Virus record (IMG/VR): IMGVR_UViG_2684623133_000001
Span: 1 to 64,000 of that record
Reading direction: 5' to 3' (one strand)
DNA length: 64,000 nt
Source: a virus
Taxonomy: Duplodnaviria; Heunggongvirae; Uroviricota; Caudoviricetes
Of this stretch, positions 34,739 to 44,300 are shown in pieces. The notes under the pieces were generated by a model, which had not been told where the DNA came from, did no database searches, and saw nothing but the letters and a program-made list of their open reading frames with translations. Numbering within the stretch: the first letter of the stretch is position 1; every line of letters starts with the position of its first letter. A program made the translations under genes and the position numbers.

Positions 34739-34820
34739 ACCCCGACACACCCGTCTGACCTGCATACGGGCCTGCGCCCGTATCACGTGTTATACATATG
34801 TCGTTGGCACCGCTGTGCCC

Positions 34821-34860
34821 GAAACGCCCCCGGACCTCACCCCGGGGGCGTTTCGTTTAT
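34821..34860 (+). terminator. Rho-independent terminator-like hairpin
   Basis: GAAACGCCCCCGG-ACCTCAC-CCGGGGGCGTTTC, then a T-rich TTTCGTTTAT. Confidence 0.55.
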
Positions 34861-35198
34861 CCGCTTCCCGCCCCCGCGCCGCGTCAACCCGGTACCGCTG
34901 ATACTGCCGGTAAGCGCGCGACCCCAGGTTCGCCGCGTGCTCGGCGCCAGGGTCACCAGGTACGCCACCACATCGCCGCCCGGCCTGTCGGGCGGGTGGC
35001 ACGCCGATGCCCAGGACGCCCCAACTCCTTGGGGGTGAGGGCGCGCTGCGCCGCGCTGGCGGGAAGCCCCCAAGGCCGGTGCACCGGGCCGCCATTTGCC
35101 CTCGCGTGGAACAAGCTGGGCAGCTATCGCGTCACGGCCGAACGGGTAACCAGGCCCGGTGCACCCCAAACATGTTGTTACGCAGGGAGATACACGCA

Positions 35199-35504
35199 AT
35201 GGACGATTCCCCAATCCCGCCCGCTCGGCGTCCATCAAACACACTCATCGACCGCCTGCTGGACAAGCTGATTGACCGGGTACTGGACCGCGTATTCGCG
35301 CGAATCGGCGAACTCGACGACAAGCTGCCCGTGATCGCCGACGCCATTACCCGCGCAATCCTGGACCGCACTGGCCTCAACAAACTCGACGAACTCGCAA
35401 AAACCATTGTGACAGAGCTACTTTCACGCCTACGCGGTCTCCCGTCCATCCCCTTCAAGAACCTCTTCCCCAACCTAGGAGACTCCGATGGCCGCACGCC
35501 TTGA
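35199..35504 (+). CDS. Hypothetical protein
   Basis: About 101 aa. First gene after the 460-bp gap. Confidence 0.4.
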   Translation: MDDSPIPPARRPSNTLIDRLLDKLIDRVLDRVFARIGELDDKLPVIADAITRAILDRTGLNKLDELAKTIVTELLSRLRGLPSIPFKNLFPNLGDSDGRTP

Positions 35505-35838
35505 GATCCGCTTCAACGACCGCGTCATCTACTTGCAGGACGTCGACGAATACACCATCGACACCACCGCGGAAGGCACGGTAACGCTGGCCGCCATCGA
35601 GTCCGGGCATCGCGCCGACCCCGCCATCACGACCGGCACCGTCATGGACGGCGTCATCAGCCTCGACAACCTGCCGCCAGAGTCCGTCGTCATCGCGCCG
35701 GACGCCCACCTCAGCGACGCCACCATCCAGGACCCCGAGGTGCTGGAGACCGTGCACACCGGCGAGGCGTACACGACGACCGGCGGCGAGGACCACACCC
35801 CGGCGGCGGACACCGGTAAGGGCGCCAAGGGCAAGTGA
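35488..35838 (+). CDS. Hypothetical protein
   Basis: 116 aa. Confidence 0.4.
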   Translation: MAARLEIRFNDRVIYLQDVDEYTIDTTAEGTVTLAAIESGHRADPAITTGTVMDGVISLDNLPPESVVIAPDAHLSDATIQDPEVLETVHTGEAYTTTGGEDHTPAADTGKGAKGK

Positions 35839-36317
35839 GCGCTCTGCCAGAGTCGTTCACGGTCAGCTACGACACCTGGGCCGGTGTCACCGACCGCCAG
35901 ACCGACCCGGACAACGAGCCGGACATCCGACCCGTCACCGGCACCATCCTGTTCCGGTACAGGGTGCCGTCCGGCTGGGCGTTCCGCGCCGCCGAGTACG
36001 ACCCACGCCCCACCGACTTCGCGCTCGACACCTTCACCGCCCGTCTCGACGAGGGCCGGTTGAAGCAGCTGGATGGCACGGTCAACGTCAAGCTCATCGC
36101 CAACACCCCGCTCCTGGCGTGGGATCAGCCGCTGTACATCGACATCAGCTTCTCCAACATCGTGTTCAACCGCGGGGACCGGTCATGGCGAAACTTCGCC
36201 ATCGTCGCCCCCACCACCGGTGGTGGGACGGTCAACCTGACCACGGTGCAGCGGTACCCGTTCCTCACACCGCAGCAGTACGAGCAGTGGTTCCAGAACC
36301 ACCCGGCGCCTGTCTGA
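35835..36317 (+). CDS. Hypothetical protein
   Basis: 160 aa. Confidence 0.4.
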   Translation: MSALPESFTVSYDTWAGVTDRQTDPDNEPDIRPVTGTILFRYRVPSGWAFRAAEYDPRPTDFALDTFTARLDEGRLKQLDGTVNVKLIANTPLLAWDQPLYIDISFSNIVFNRGDRSWRNFAIVAPTTGGGTVNLTTVQRYPFLTPQQYEQWFQNHPAPV

Positions 36318-36688
36318 TGCGTGCCGGTGTCGTCGTCGCCCGCAGCCGTGAGGACGGCGAGCGGCTGGCCGACCTCCTGGACCTGACCGGCTGGCAGATC
36401 ATCACACCAGGGCAGTCCCGTAAGGGCCGCCGCTGCAAGCCCGTGGTGATCACCACCGACCCCGACCTCCTCACCCCGGACGTCGTGGCCACCGTCGCAG
36501 GCATGGCGTATCCGGCGTCCCAGCCGCTGACCTTCTGCACCCTGCTCCTCACACTGCCCATCCCTGCCGCACCACCACCGCGCGCCCAAGAGGTGTGCGG
36601 GCACTGCGGGCAGCAGCTCGGCGGCGCATGCCCCGGCTGCCACCGACGCCAGCACGACCACACCAAGAAGAAGTGCTACCTGTGCTGA
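36317..36688 (+). CDS. Hypothetical protein with C-terminal Cys cluster
   Basis: CGHCGQQLGGACPGCHRRQHDHTKKKCYLC. Confidence 0.35.
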   Translation: MRAGVVVARSREDGERLADLLDLTGWQIITPGQSRKGRRCKPVVITTDPDLLTPDVVATVAGMAYPASQPLTFCTLLLTLPIPAAPPPRAQEVCGHCGQQLGGACPGCHRRQHDHTKKKCYLC

Positions 36689-37065
36689 CCCAACCCGCTC
36701 TCCACGACCCGCTGCTGCGAGCAGTGATCGACGAGGCAGGCCTGACCATGACCTGCAACCTATGGCGCCAAGGAGACCCAGCCATGTTCCACAGCACCCC
36801 CACCAGCCACGCCGACATCGACCACCGGTTCAACTACCACCGACCCGATGTCGACCAGGTCACCCGCCACGAGAGCATCCGCGGGAAGTGCCGGGACCTG
36901 GCGCACGACCTCGACTCGATCCTCCCGCCGGGCCGCGAGAAGGCCCTCGCGTTGACCAAGCTGGAGGAAGCGCTGATGTGGGGCAACGCCGCCATCGCCC
37001 GCGAGGTCCTGCGGGAGCCGATCGCTAACGCCCACCAGTCCGTCATCCAGGACCACCACGCATGA
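36682..37065 (+). CDS. Hypothetical protein
   Basis: GTG start in frame with track 36595..37065. Confidence 0.35.
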   Translation: MLTQPALHDPLLRAVIDEAGLTMTCNLWRQGDPAMFHSTPTSHADIDHRFNYHRPDVDQVTRHESIRGKCRDLAHDLDSILPPGREKALALTKLEEALMWGNAAIAREVLREPIANAHQSVIQDHHA

Positions 37066-37505
37066 CCACCGCAGAGAAGGTCCACCAGGACGCCGTTGCT
37101 GGCCCGAAGGTCACCGTTGTCACCGTCAGCGGCGACCGCCAGCACGGCAAGACGCACATCCTGCTCGACCTCGTCGCCGGTGAGCTTCGGCGCGGCCGTT
37201 TCGTGCTGTACGAGACGTCGGACTGGCCCGTGGCACAGGAACACCACCGCAACCTCGTCGACGTCCATCTCATGCCGGGCATCGACGTGCTGGAGCGGGT
37301 CCGCCGCAGTGCTAACGACCTGTCCGTCCGGCACCGCTCCGGCGGCCGGGTCCAGTTCCTGTCCATCGGACGGACCCGCAGCGGCGCGCACTACCGGGCC
37401 GACACGTACGTCTTCGACGACGTCCCGGTACCTCGGGAGCTGCTGTACGGGCCGCCCGCCCGCATCTACCACGCGCCGCGCGCCGATGATCGGCTGTTCT
37501 GGTGA
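37062..37505 (+). CDS. P-loop NTPase-like protein
   Basis: Walker-A-like VSGDRQHGKTH. Confidence 0.35.
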   Translation: MTTAEKVHQDAVAGPKVTVVTVSGDRQHGKTHILLDLVAGELRRGRFVLYETSDWPVAQEHHRNLVDVHLMPGIDVLERVRRSANDLSVRHRSGGRVQFLSIGRTRSGAHYRADTYVFDDVPVPRELLYGPPARIYHAPRADDRLFW

Positions 37506-37933
37506 GCAACCAGCGCACGATCCGCGCCGTTATCCCGGTCCTTCCTGACATGGACATGGACCAGGTGCTCTGGCACACCCGCGAGTCGATTGAGACCACC
37601 GCGGCGGCCGACGGCCTCACCGTCGTCGCTGTCACGTCGGCCGTAATTCCTGTCGACGCACTACCGAAGGACCCGAACACCGGTGTACCGCTCGCAGCCG
37701 CCAACCTTGACCGGCCACTCGCCGAGTACACGTTCTGCGAGTTCGTAGCGACCGTGGAGCGACCCGAGGCCGACACCAGTAACCCCCCATGCGGCTACTG
37801 CGGACACCCCTCCCACGCTGATGGCAAGTGCGAGCACCCGGCACCCGACTGGCTGGGCGGCCCCGACGCCCTGTGCACCAGCTGCCCCGGTGACGCCGAC
37901 GTCCGCGGCCACAAGCCCGTGGGTCTCCACTGA
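37502..37933 (+). CDS. Hypothetical protein
   Basis: 143 aa. Confidence 0.35.
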   Translation: MSNQRTIRAVIPVLPDMDMDQVLWHTRESIETTAAADGLTVVAVTSAVIPVDALPKDPNTGVPLAAANLDRPLAEYTFCEFVATVERPEADTSNPPCGYCGHPSHADGKCEHPAPDWLGGPDALCTSCPGDADVRGHKPVGLH

Positions 37934-38190
37934 TGCCCGATGGCCAGCGCGTAGGCGTCGTCATCGACGGCGTTGTGTACATCGACCACGTGAGCGGCAA
38001 GAAGTATTCAGGGGTCCATGCCTTCGGCGGACTTACACCTGACTTAGAACCACCCGCCTGCCCGGCACCCGGCCAGGACCCAGTCGCCCGCGCCCACAGG
38101 CGCATCACCGAGCTGTACGACACCGTGCGGTACCTGACCGCACCTCGCTGGAAGCGGCCACTGCTGCGCATACTCCGGTGGTTCCGCTGA
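37933..38190 (+). CDS. Hypothetical protein
   Basis: 85 aa. Confidence 0.35.
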   Translation: MPDGQRVGVVIDGVVYIDHVSGKKYSGVHAFGGLTPDLEPPACPAPGQDPVARAHRRITELYDTVRYLTAPRWKRPLLRILRWFR

Positions 38191-38414
38191 TGGCCGACAA
38201 CGTCACCCGCCTCGACGACCACCGCACACCGCTGACCACCAACCACCGCTGCATCAAATGCGGTAGCGAGTGGTTCCGGCTGGACGGCACCCTCGCCGGA
38301 CCCAATGCGCCCGCCCACGGCGCCGTGGTCCTGGCCGCCGACGACCGCATCCGCATCACCGGCTACTGCGGCACACCCCGCTGCCTGGAGTGCGGCCACC
38401 TGGTGGCGGTCTAG
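38190..38414 (+). CDS. Small zinc-ribbon protein
   Basis: CIKCGSEWF...CGTPRCLECGH. Confidence 0.4.
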   Translation: MADNVTRLDDHRTPLTTNHRCIKCGSEWFRLDGTLAGPNAPAHGAVVLAADDRIRITGYCGTPRCLECGHLVAV

Positions 38415-39166
38415 TGCTGTACGTGGTGACTGGCCCACCCGCAGCAGGCAAGTCCACGTGGGTACAGGCCAACGCCCAGCCCGGCGACATCACCATCGAC
38501 TACGACGCCATCGCCAACGTCCTCACCCCGCCCGACGGTGACCCCCACAGCCACCCCGAGCACGTGAAGGCCGTAACGAAGGCAGCCCGGCAGGCAGCCA
38601 TAGACACCGCGGTCCTACTGATCGCCACCACTGACGTGTACGTCATCCACTCCACCCCCAGCGAGGCCCTGCTCACCAAGTACCGCGCACTGGGCGCTGA
38701 GGTCGTAACCATCAACCCCGGCAAGGACGTGGTGCTCGCCCGCGCCCAGCAGCAGCGGCCCCACAACATCCAGCAGGCAGCCCGCCACTGGTACGAGACC
38801 CACGACGAAGCGCCCACCACACCCGTGGACCCCGCCAACGTCCAGGGCCTGGACGCAGACGGACGCCCACGTTCCCGCGCCTACCGCAAGCTCGTCGCCG
38901 ACTTCCGCACCGCCTGCGCCCACCACACCAACGACGACGGCACCACCGGCGCACCCTGCTGGATCTGCCACCGACCCATCGACTACACCATCACCGACCC
39001 GTACCACCCCGACGTCTTCAACGCCGACCACGCCGCACCAGTCAAGGAACGCCCCGAGCTGGCCATGGACATCAACAACCTCCGGCCCTCCCACCGCGAC
39101 TGCAACCTCAAACGCGGCACCGACGACGCCCACATCGACATCGGTTTGCCCTCAGAGCAGTGGTGA
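38414..39166 (+). CDS. Fusion protein: N-terminal P-loop kinase/NTPase domain plus C-terminal HNH endonuclease
   Basis: Walker A VTGPPAAGKST. C-terminal CWICHRPID...ADHAAPVKERPELAMDINNLRPSHRDCNLKRG HNH motif. Confidence 0.55.
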   Translation: MLYVVTGPPAAGKSTWVQANAQPGDITIDYDAIANVLTPPDGDPHSHPEHVKAVTKAARQAAIDTAVLLIATTDVYVIHSTPSEALLTKYRALGAEVVTINPGKDVVLARAQQQRPHNIQQAARHWYETHDEAPTTPVDPANVQGLDADGRPRSRAYRKLVADFRTACAHHTNDDGTTGAPCWICHRPIDYTITDPYHPDVFNADHAAPVKERPELAMDINNLRPSHRDCNLKRGTDDAHIDIGLPSEQW

Positions 39167-39345
39167 CGCTGAAACGCCCTGTGCGCCCCTGTGCCACAGA
39201 GGACCGATGACACCCGACACCCCACAAACGGCCGTCTCAGGGCCAACCAGAGGGGTAAGGGGGCTCCGAAACTTCAAACGCCCAGGCGAGGCCCATGCCG
39301 CCCGGCTTGTGTCCTCCCCCCCCGACGAAAGTTGACGGAATCCAC

Positions 39346-40803
39346 ATGACCACGACCCCCGAGGACCTGGTCGTCCGAGTGTTTGCTGTAACCGACCTGA
39401 GGACTTTCGCCGGCAACCCCCGGCGCGGACAGGTCGACGCCATCGTCCAGTCGCTCTCCCGTCATGGCCAGTACCGGCCAATTGTCGTCAACGCAGGCAC
39501 TAAGACAGGTCGCCCCATGGAGGTACTTGCGGGCAACCACACCCTCCTGGCTGCCCGCAAGCTGGGCTGGGACACCATCAGCGCCACTTTGCTGGACGTC
39601 TCCGAGCAGCAGGCCAAAGCCATCGTCGCGGCCGACAACCGTTTGTCCGACCTGGGTGACTACGACGCTGCCGAACTGCTGGCGCTCCTGGAGGACCTGG
39701 ACGAGCTGGACGGCACCGGATACTCGGCGGCCGACCTGGAGGAGCTGGCGGCCGAGTTGAACCCGGGGGAGGGGGACACCGAGGGTGCCAAGGCGACCCT
39801 GGCCGAGCGGTTCGGGGTGCCGCCGCTGTCGGTGCTGGACGCACGGCAGGGTCCGTGGCGCGACCGCGGCCGGGCTTGGAAGGCACTAGGCATCGCCTCG
39901 GTCGAGGGCCGCGCGGTCGCCGGACAGATGGCCTACCAAGCAGCCCAGACCGTCTACAAGAACTGGTACCAGGTCAAGAACACTGCCGAGGCGAAGCTAG
40001 GCCGGACCCTTGCCGACGACGAGATCATCGAGCGGTACGGCGACCAGCTCAAGCAGTACGAGGGCGGCCACGTCTCGGTGTTCGACCCTGTACTGGCAGA
40101 GCTGCTGGTGACATGGTTCTCCCCGCCTGGCGCCGCGGTGATCGACCCGTGGGCCGGTGGCAGTGTCCGCGGCATCGTGTCGTCCGCTATCGGCCGCCGG
40201 TACCGCGGCATAGACCTGTCCGCCGACCAGATCGCGGAGAACGACGAGCAGTGGGCGGCGGTTGAGCCGAACCTGTACAACCCCGGGCCACGGCCGGAAT
40301 GGGTGCAGGGCGACTCCCGGGAGCTGCTCAAGACCCTCGATGCCGACTCCTTCGACATGATGATCGGCTGCCCTCCGTACTACGACCTGGAGCAGTACTC
40401 CAAGGACCCTGCGGACTTATCCGCCATGTCGACAGCCGAATTCGACCAGGCATTCATCGAGACCATGGGGGAGGTGGCGCGTGTGCTCATCGACGACTCA
40501 TTCGCCTGCCTGGTCGTCGGGTCCGTGCGTGACAAGCGTGGAGACCTTCGAGATATGCGAGCACTGGTGCAGCGCGCCGCCGCGGAAGCGGACATGAGGC
40601 TGGCCAACGACGCCGTGCTCGTGCAGGCGGTTGGCTCTAACCGTTTCACGGCCGCCAAGCAGTTCACGCAGGGCCGCTCACTGGGGCGCACTCACCAGGA
40701 CATCCTCGTCCTAGTGAAGGGGGACAGGAAGCGCGCTGCCCGCCGGTGCGGTGAGGTTCAGATGGTCATCGACCCGCCAGCCGACGAGGACGGCGACGAC
40801 TAG
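39346..40803 (+). CDS. ParB-like N-terminal domain fused to a DNA N6-adenine/N4-cytosine methyltransferase
   Basis: N-terminal ParB-like region. Methyltransferase motif I-like VIDPWAGGS and motif IV IGCPPYYD (DPPY-type). Confidence 0.65.
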   Translation: MTTTPEDLVVRVFAVTDLRTFAGNPRRGQVDAIVQSLSRHGQYRPIVVNAGTKTGRPMEVLAGNHTLLAARKLGWDTISATLLDVSEQQAKAIVAADNRLSDLGDYDAAELLALLEDLDELDGTGYSAADLEELAAELNPGEGDTEGAKATLAERFGVPPLSVLDARQGPWRDRGRAWKALGIASVEGRAVAGQMAYQAAQTVYKNWYQVKNTAEAKLGRTLADDEIIERYGDQLKQYEGGHVSVFDPVLAELLVTWFSPPGAAVIDPWAGGSVRGIVSSAIGRRYRGIDLSADQIAENDEQWAAVEPNLYNPGPRPEWVQGDSRELLKTLDADSFDMMIGCPPYYDLEQYSKDPADLSAMSTAEFDQAFIETMGEVARVLIDDSFACLVVGSVRDKRGDLRDMRALVQRAAAEADMRLANDAVLVQAVGSNRFTAAKQFTQGRSLGRTHQDILVLVKGDRKRAARRCGEVQMVIDPPADEDGDD

Positions 40804-41253
40804 ATGAACGCGGCGGAACGCCTGGCGCGGGATATGAAAGCCGTGCGTCTGTTCATCGCCGGTAAGTCCTTCCGCGCCATCCAAGAGGCATGCGGCTACA
40901 ACACCCTGGCCGCCTGCCACAAGGCAGTCCGGCGCGAGATGCAGAAGTCGGAGCGCCGGGACCTGCTCCGCGACCAAGCGTTCGACGTGTACGTGGAACG
41001 GCTGGAGGCGCTGTGGGCCGCGCACTATCCGCGTGCCGTTGCCGGTGACACTCGATCTGCTGAGCACTGCCGACGCGTCCTACAGCAGGAGGCCCGCCTG
41101 TTCGGGCTAGAACCGGGCGCGGGCACCCGCGTTCCGGGTGGCGAACCGCCGGACCCCGACGGCAACGAAGACGACGAAGGCGCCGACGGCGGAGACGCCA
41201 GCGGCGACAACGTGAGTGACCTCGACGAGTGGCGTTCTCGACAGAACGCTTAG
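40804..41253 (+). CDS. Terminase small subunit (putative)
   Basis: 149 aa. HTH-like N-terminus with an acidic C-terminal tail. Directly upstream of the large terminase. Confidence 0.5.
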   Translation: MNAAERLARDMKAVRLFIAGKSFRAIQEACGYNTLAACHKAVRREMQKSERRDLLRDQAFDVYVERLEALWAAHYPRAVAGDTRSAEHCRRVLQQEARLFGLEPGAGTRVPGGEPPDPDGNEDDEGADGGDASGDNVSDLDEWRSRQNA

Positions 41254-42826
41254 GGGACACACAGTCCCCAGGCTGTTCACACCACCCCTAGCCGATCACT
41301 GCGACCCGGACCTACCCGAGACCTGCGGATGCGGGTGCGGCCTCAACGCCGCCACCTCATGGGGCTTCGGCTGCATCGACTTCCTCGAAAACGTAGTCAA
41401 CTGGGAACTTCTGCCCTGGCAGAAGTGGCTCTACGTCCACGCGTTGGAGAAGGGCGTCGGGGGCATCGGCTTCCGGTTCCGCACCGTCTGCATCCTGATC
41501 GCCAGGCAGAACGGCAAGACGCAGTGGCTGCGCGGACTCGGGCTGTGGCGCCTGTACCTCAACAAGACCGGCCACCCGATGGCGGGGAAGCCACCGGCAG
41601 CCAAAACGGTCCTGATCGCGGCGCAGGGTCTGGAGTACGCCGAGGCGACACTGGGCGAGGTCGTCATCAACGTCGACGAATGCCCTGCCCTCAGGCGCGA
41701 ATTCGTCAAACACGTCCAGACGAACGGCAAGCACCGCATGCTGCTGACCGGCCGCCGGTCATGGCGTGCGGTCGCCGCCAACCGCAAGGGTGGCCGATCC
41801 TTCTCAGTTGACCTGGCAGAGCTGGATGAGCTGCGCGAGCACCACGACTGGCTGGCATGGGACGCCATCGTTCCGACAACCACCGCCCGGCCGAACAGTC
41901 AGGTGATCTGCGCCTCCAACGCCGGTGACAAACGCTCGGCGGTGCTGCGGTCCGTCCGGCAGGGCTGCCTAGAGGACATCTACCGCAACGCCACCGCGGG
42001 CACCAGTACAGGACTGTTCGAGTGGTCCGCGCCGGACGACGCCGACCCGGGTGACCGGTCGGTATGGCCCATGGCCAACCCCGCCCTCGGCTGGCTGCCA
42101 GGCCACGACGAGCAGTCACTGGCTGCCAAGTACGAGGCGAAGCGCGGCGACATAGCCGGATTCAAAACCGAGCACCTATGCCAATGGGTCGACACCCTGT
42201 TGCCCGGAATCATCGAGCCTGAGCACTGGGCGGAAACGATGGACCCGGACTCACGCAGGGCTGAGGGGGCACCTGTGTGGGCTGCCGTAGACGTCAACTT
42301 CCAACGCTCCCGCGCCTACATCGCCATCGCGGCACGGCGCGCCGACGGACTCCTTCACGTCGAGGTCGTGAAGGCCGGACGCGGAACCGACTGGATTACA
42401 CCGTGGTTCATCGACCCCGTACGCGCCGGAAAGTTCGTCGCGGTGGCGGTACAGGTCCGCGGCGCACCAGCCTCCGGCCTGATCGAGGGCATGGAAAAGG
42501 CCCAAATCCCGGTGCTGGAGTGGGGCGGCCCGGACCTGGCGAAGGCGTGCGGCGACTTCTACGACGGCCTCGTGCAACGGGGAATCAAGCATCGGCCCCA
42601 AGCGGCTCTGGACACCGCTGCCGCATCAGCAGCTGCGAAATCACTAGGCGACGCATGGGTATTCGACCGCAAGGGAAGCCCGGTCGACGCCTCACCATTG
42701 GTCGCCTGCGCCGCCGCGGCATGGGCCGAATCCAAAGGGATACCGGAACCAGAACCGGTACCCGAAATCCATGAGTGGCCCGACGACGAGGAGATCGCGC
42801 GATGGGAACGAGGGGAGTTTGAGTGA
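41216..42826 (+). CDS. Terminase large subunit
   Basis: 536 aa. ATPase region with GKTQW/Walker-like motifs and a nuclease C-terminal half. Position before the portal gene. Confidence 0.75.
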   Translation: MTSTSGVLDRTLRGHTVPRLFTPPLADHCDPDLPETCGCGCGLNAATSWGFGCIDFLENVVNWELLPWQKWLYVHALEKGVGGIGFRFRTVCILIARQNGKTQWLRGLGLWRLYLNKTGHPMAGKPPAAKTVLIAAQGLEYAEATLGEVVINVDECPALRREFVKHVQTNGKHRMLLTGRRSWRAVAANRKGGRSFSVDLAELDELREHHDWLAWDAIVPTTTARPNSQVICASNAGDKRSAVLRSVRQGCLEDIYRNATAGTSTGLFEWSAPDDADPGDRSVWPMANPALGWLPGHDEQSLAAKYEAKRGDIAGFKTEHLCQWVDTLLPGIIEPEHWAETMDPDSRRAEGAPVWAAVDVNFQRSRAYIAIAARRADGLLHVEVVKAGRGTDWITPWFIDPVRAGKFVAVAVQVRGAPASGLIEGMEKAQIPVLEWGGPDLAKACGDFYDGLVQRGIKHRPQAALDTAAASAAAKSLGDAWVFDRKGSPVDASPLVACAAAAWAESKGIPEPEPVPEIHEWPDDEEIARWERGEFE

Positions 42827-42996
42827 TCAGGTTTGCCGTAGCAACGCTCGTTGAGCTGCTAGGAATCTTCGCGATTGTCGCTGGCGTGTGGGTAATTTAC
42901 CCCCCGGCCGGGCTGATTGTCACCGGAATAGGTTGTGTAGCAATAGGTTTAGCTATTGACCCGCCTCCTAGTCGTGAGCGGCGGACTGAGCAGTGA
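42823..42996 (+). CDS. Small membrane protein (57 aa)
   Basis: Not in the track. GTG start coupled to the terminase stop. Hydrophobic, IRFAVATLVELLGIFAIVAGVWVIYPPAGLIVTGIGCVAIGLAI. Confidence 0.3.
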   Translation: MIRFAVATLVELLGIFAIVAGVWVIYPPAGLIVTGIGCVAIGLAIDPPPSRERRTEQ

Positions 42997-44300
42997 GCTT
43001 CCTGTCCCGCATCTTCACCGGCGCATCGGCTGTGGAGGAGCGGGCCATCACCAGCTCGTCGTTTGTGCCCACCCCGGCCGAGGACGCCGCGATGAACGGC
43101 ATGTACGGGTACGGGTCCATGACGCCGACGGGTACCCGCGAGATGCAGGTCGCCGCCTTCTCCGCCTGCGTAACCCTTCTCGCCGACACCATCGCCGCTC
43201 TGCCGCTTGTTGCCTACCGGCGCCAGGGCAAAACCAAGGTGGCCCTCGACCCGCAGCCCGTCATCGTCCAACAGCCCTACGTAGAAAACACGATCTTCGA
43301 CTGGGTCTGGATGTTGGTCGAAGCGCTAGCTGTAACCGGAAATGGCTACGGCTACATAACATCTCGCGGACCAGATGACCGGCCACGCGGCATCATGCCT
43401 GTCCACCCCGACTGCATCACAGTGGAGATGCCCGACAAAGACCGGTGGCCCAACCCCAACTACTACGTTGAGGGCAGCAAGGTCAACCGTTCCGACATCC
43501 TCCATATCAAGCGCTACCCCATCGCCGGAGCGGCACTCGGGCTATCGCCTGTACAACGCGCAGCAGCAGCCGTCGGCATCGCCCTTGCCGCAGAACGCTA
43601 CGGCCTCAACTACTTCCGCGACTCGGCCAACCCCAGCTCTGTCCTTGAGACAGACCTCGTCCTAGACGCCACGGCCACCAAGAACCTGCAACAGCAATGG
43701 ATCGCCAGCCATGGCGGACGCCGCCGCCCTGCGATCCTGTCCGGCGGGGTGAAATGGCGCCCAATCGCCATATCTCCCAACGAATCCCAATTCCTAGAGA
43801 CGCGTAAGTACCAGCGCGGCGAGATCGCCATGCTGTTCCGCATCCCGCCCCACATGATCGGCGACACTGAGAAGACGACCTCATGGGGTACCGGCATCGA
43901 GCAGCAGTCCACCGGCTTCGTCCGGTACACCTTGCGCCCCTGGCTCACCTGCATCGAGCAGCAACTGTCCACACTGCTCCCGCGCGGCGTCTTCGTGAAG
44001 TTCGACGTCAACGACCTGCTCCGCGGCGACATCAAGTCCCTATGGACGTCCTACAAGGCCGGTCGCGACGCCGGTGTCTACAGCGTCAACGACATCCGCG
44101 AACGCGAAGACATGGAACCCGTGGAGGGCGGCGACATCCGGCTACAACCCACCAACATGGCGCCCCTCGGCTGGACACCCCCGGACCCACCCGGGACGTC
44201 CGAGGCAGAGCCAGAACCAGAGGACGACGAAACCCCCGAAGAAGAACCGGCCGACGAACCCGACGAGGACGAAGAAGGCACGGGACAGGAGGACCAATGA
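42993..44300 (+). CDS. Portal protein (HK97-family)
   Basis: 435 aa. Acidic C-terminus. Sits after the terminase and before the protease. Confidence 0.75.
   Translation: MSFLSRIFTGASAVEERAITSSSFVPTPAEDAAMNGMYGYGSMTPTGTREMQVAAFSACVTLLADTIAALPLVAYRRQGKTKVALDPQPVIVQQPYVENTIFDWVWMLVEALAVTGNGYGYITSRGPDDRPRGIMPVHPDCITVEMPDKDRWPNPNYYVEGSKVNRSDILHIKRYPIAGAALGLSPVQRAAAAVGIALAAERYGLNYFRDSANPSSVLETDLVLDATATKNLQQQWIASHGGRRRPAILSGGVKWRPIAISPNESQFLETRKYQRGEIAMLFRIPPHMIGDTEKTTSWGTGIEQQSTGFVRYTLRPWLTCIEQQLSTLLPRGVFVKFDVNDLLRGDIKSLWTSYKAGRDAGVYSVNDIREREDMEPVEGGDIRLQPTNMAPLGWTPPDPPGTSEAEPEPEDDETPEEEPADEPDEDEEGTGQEDQ

Noticed and set aside
39167-39345. 179-bp gap before the ParB-methyltransferase gene as a possible cos site
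   Set aside because: There is no diagnostic signal. The prophage is integrated, so physical ends cannot be inferred from sequence alone.
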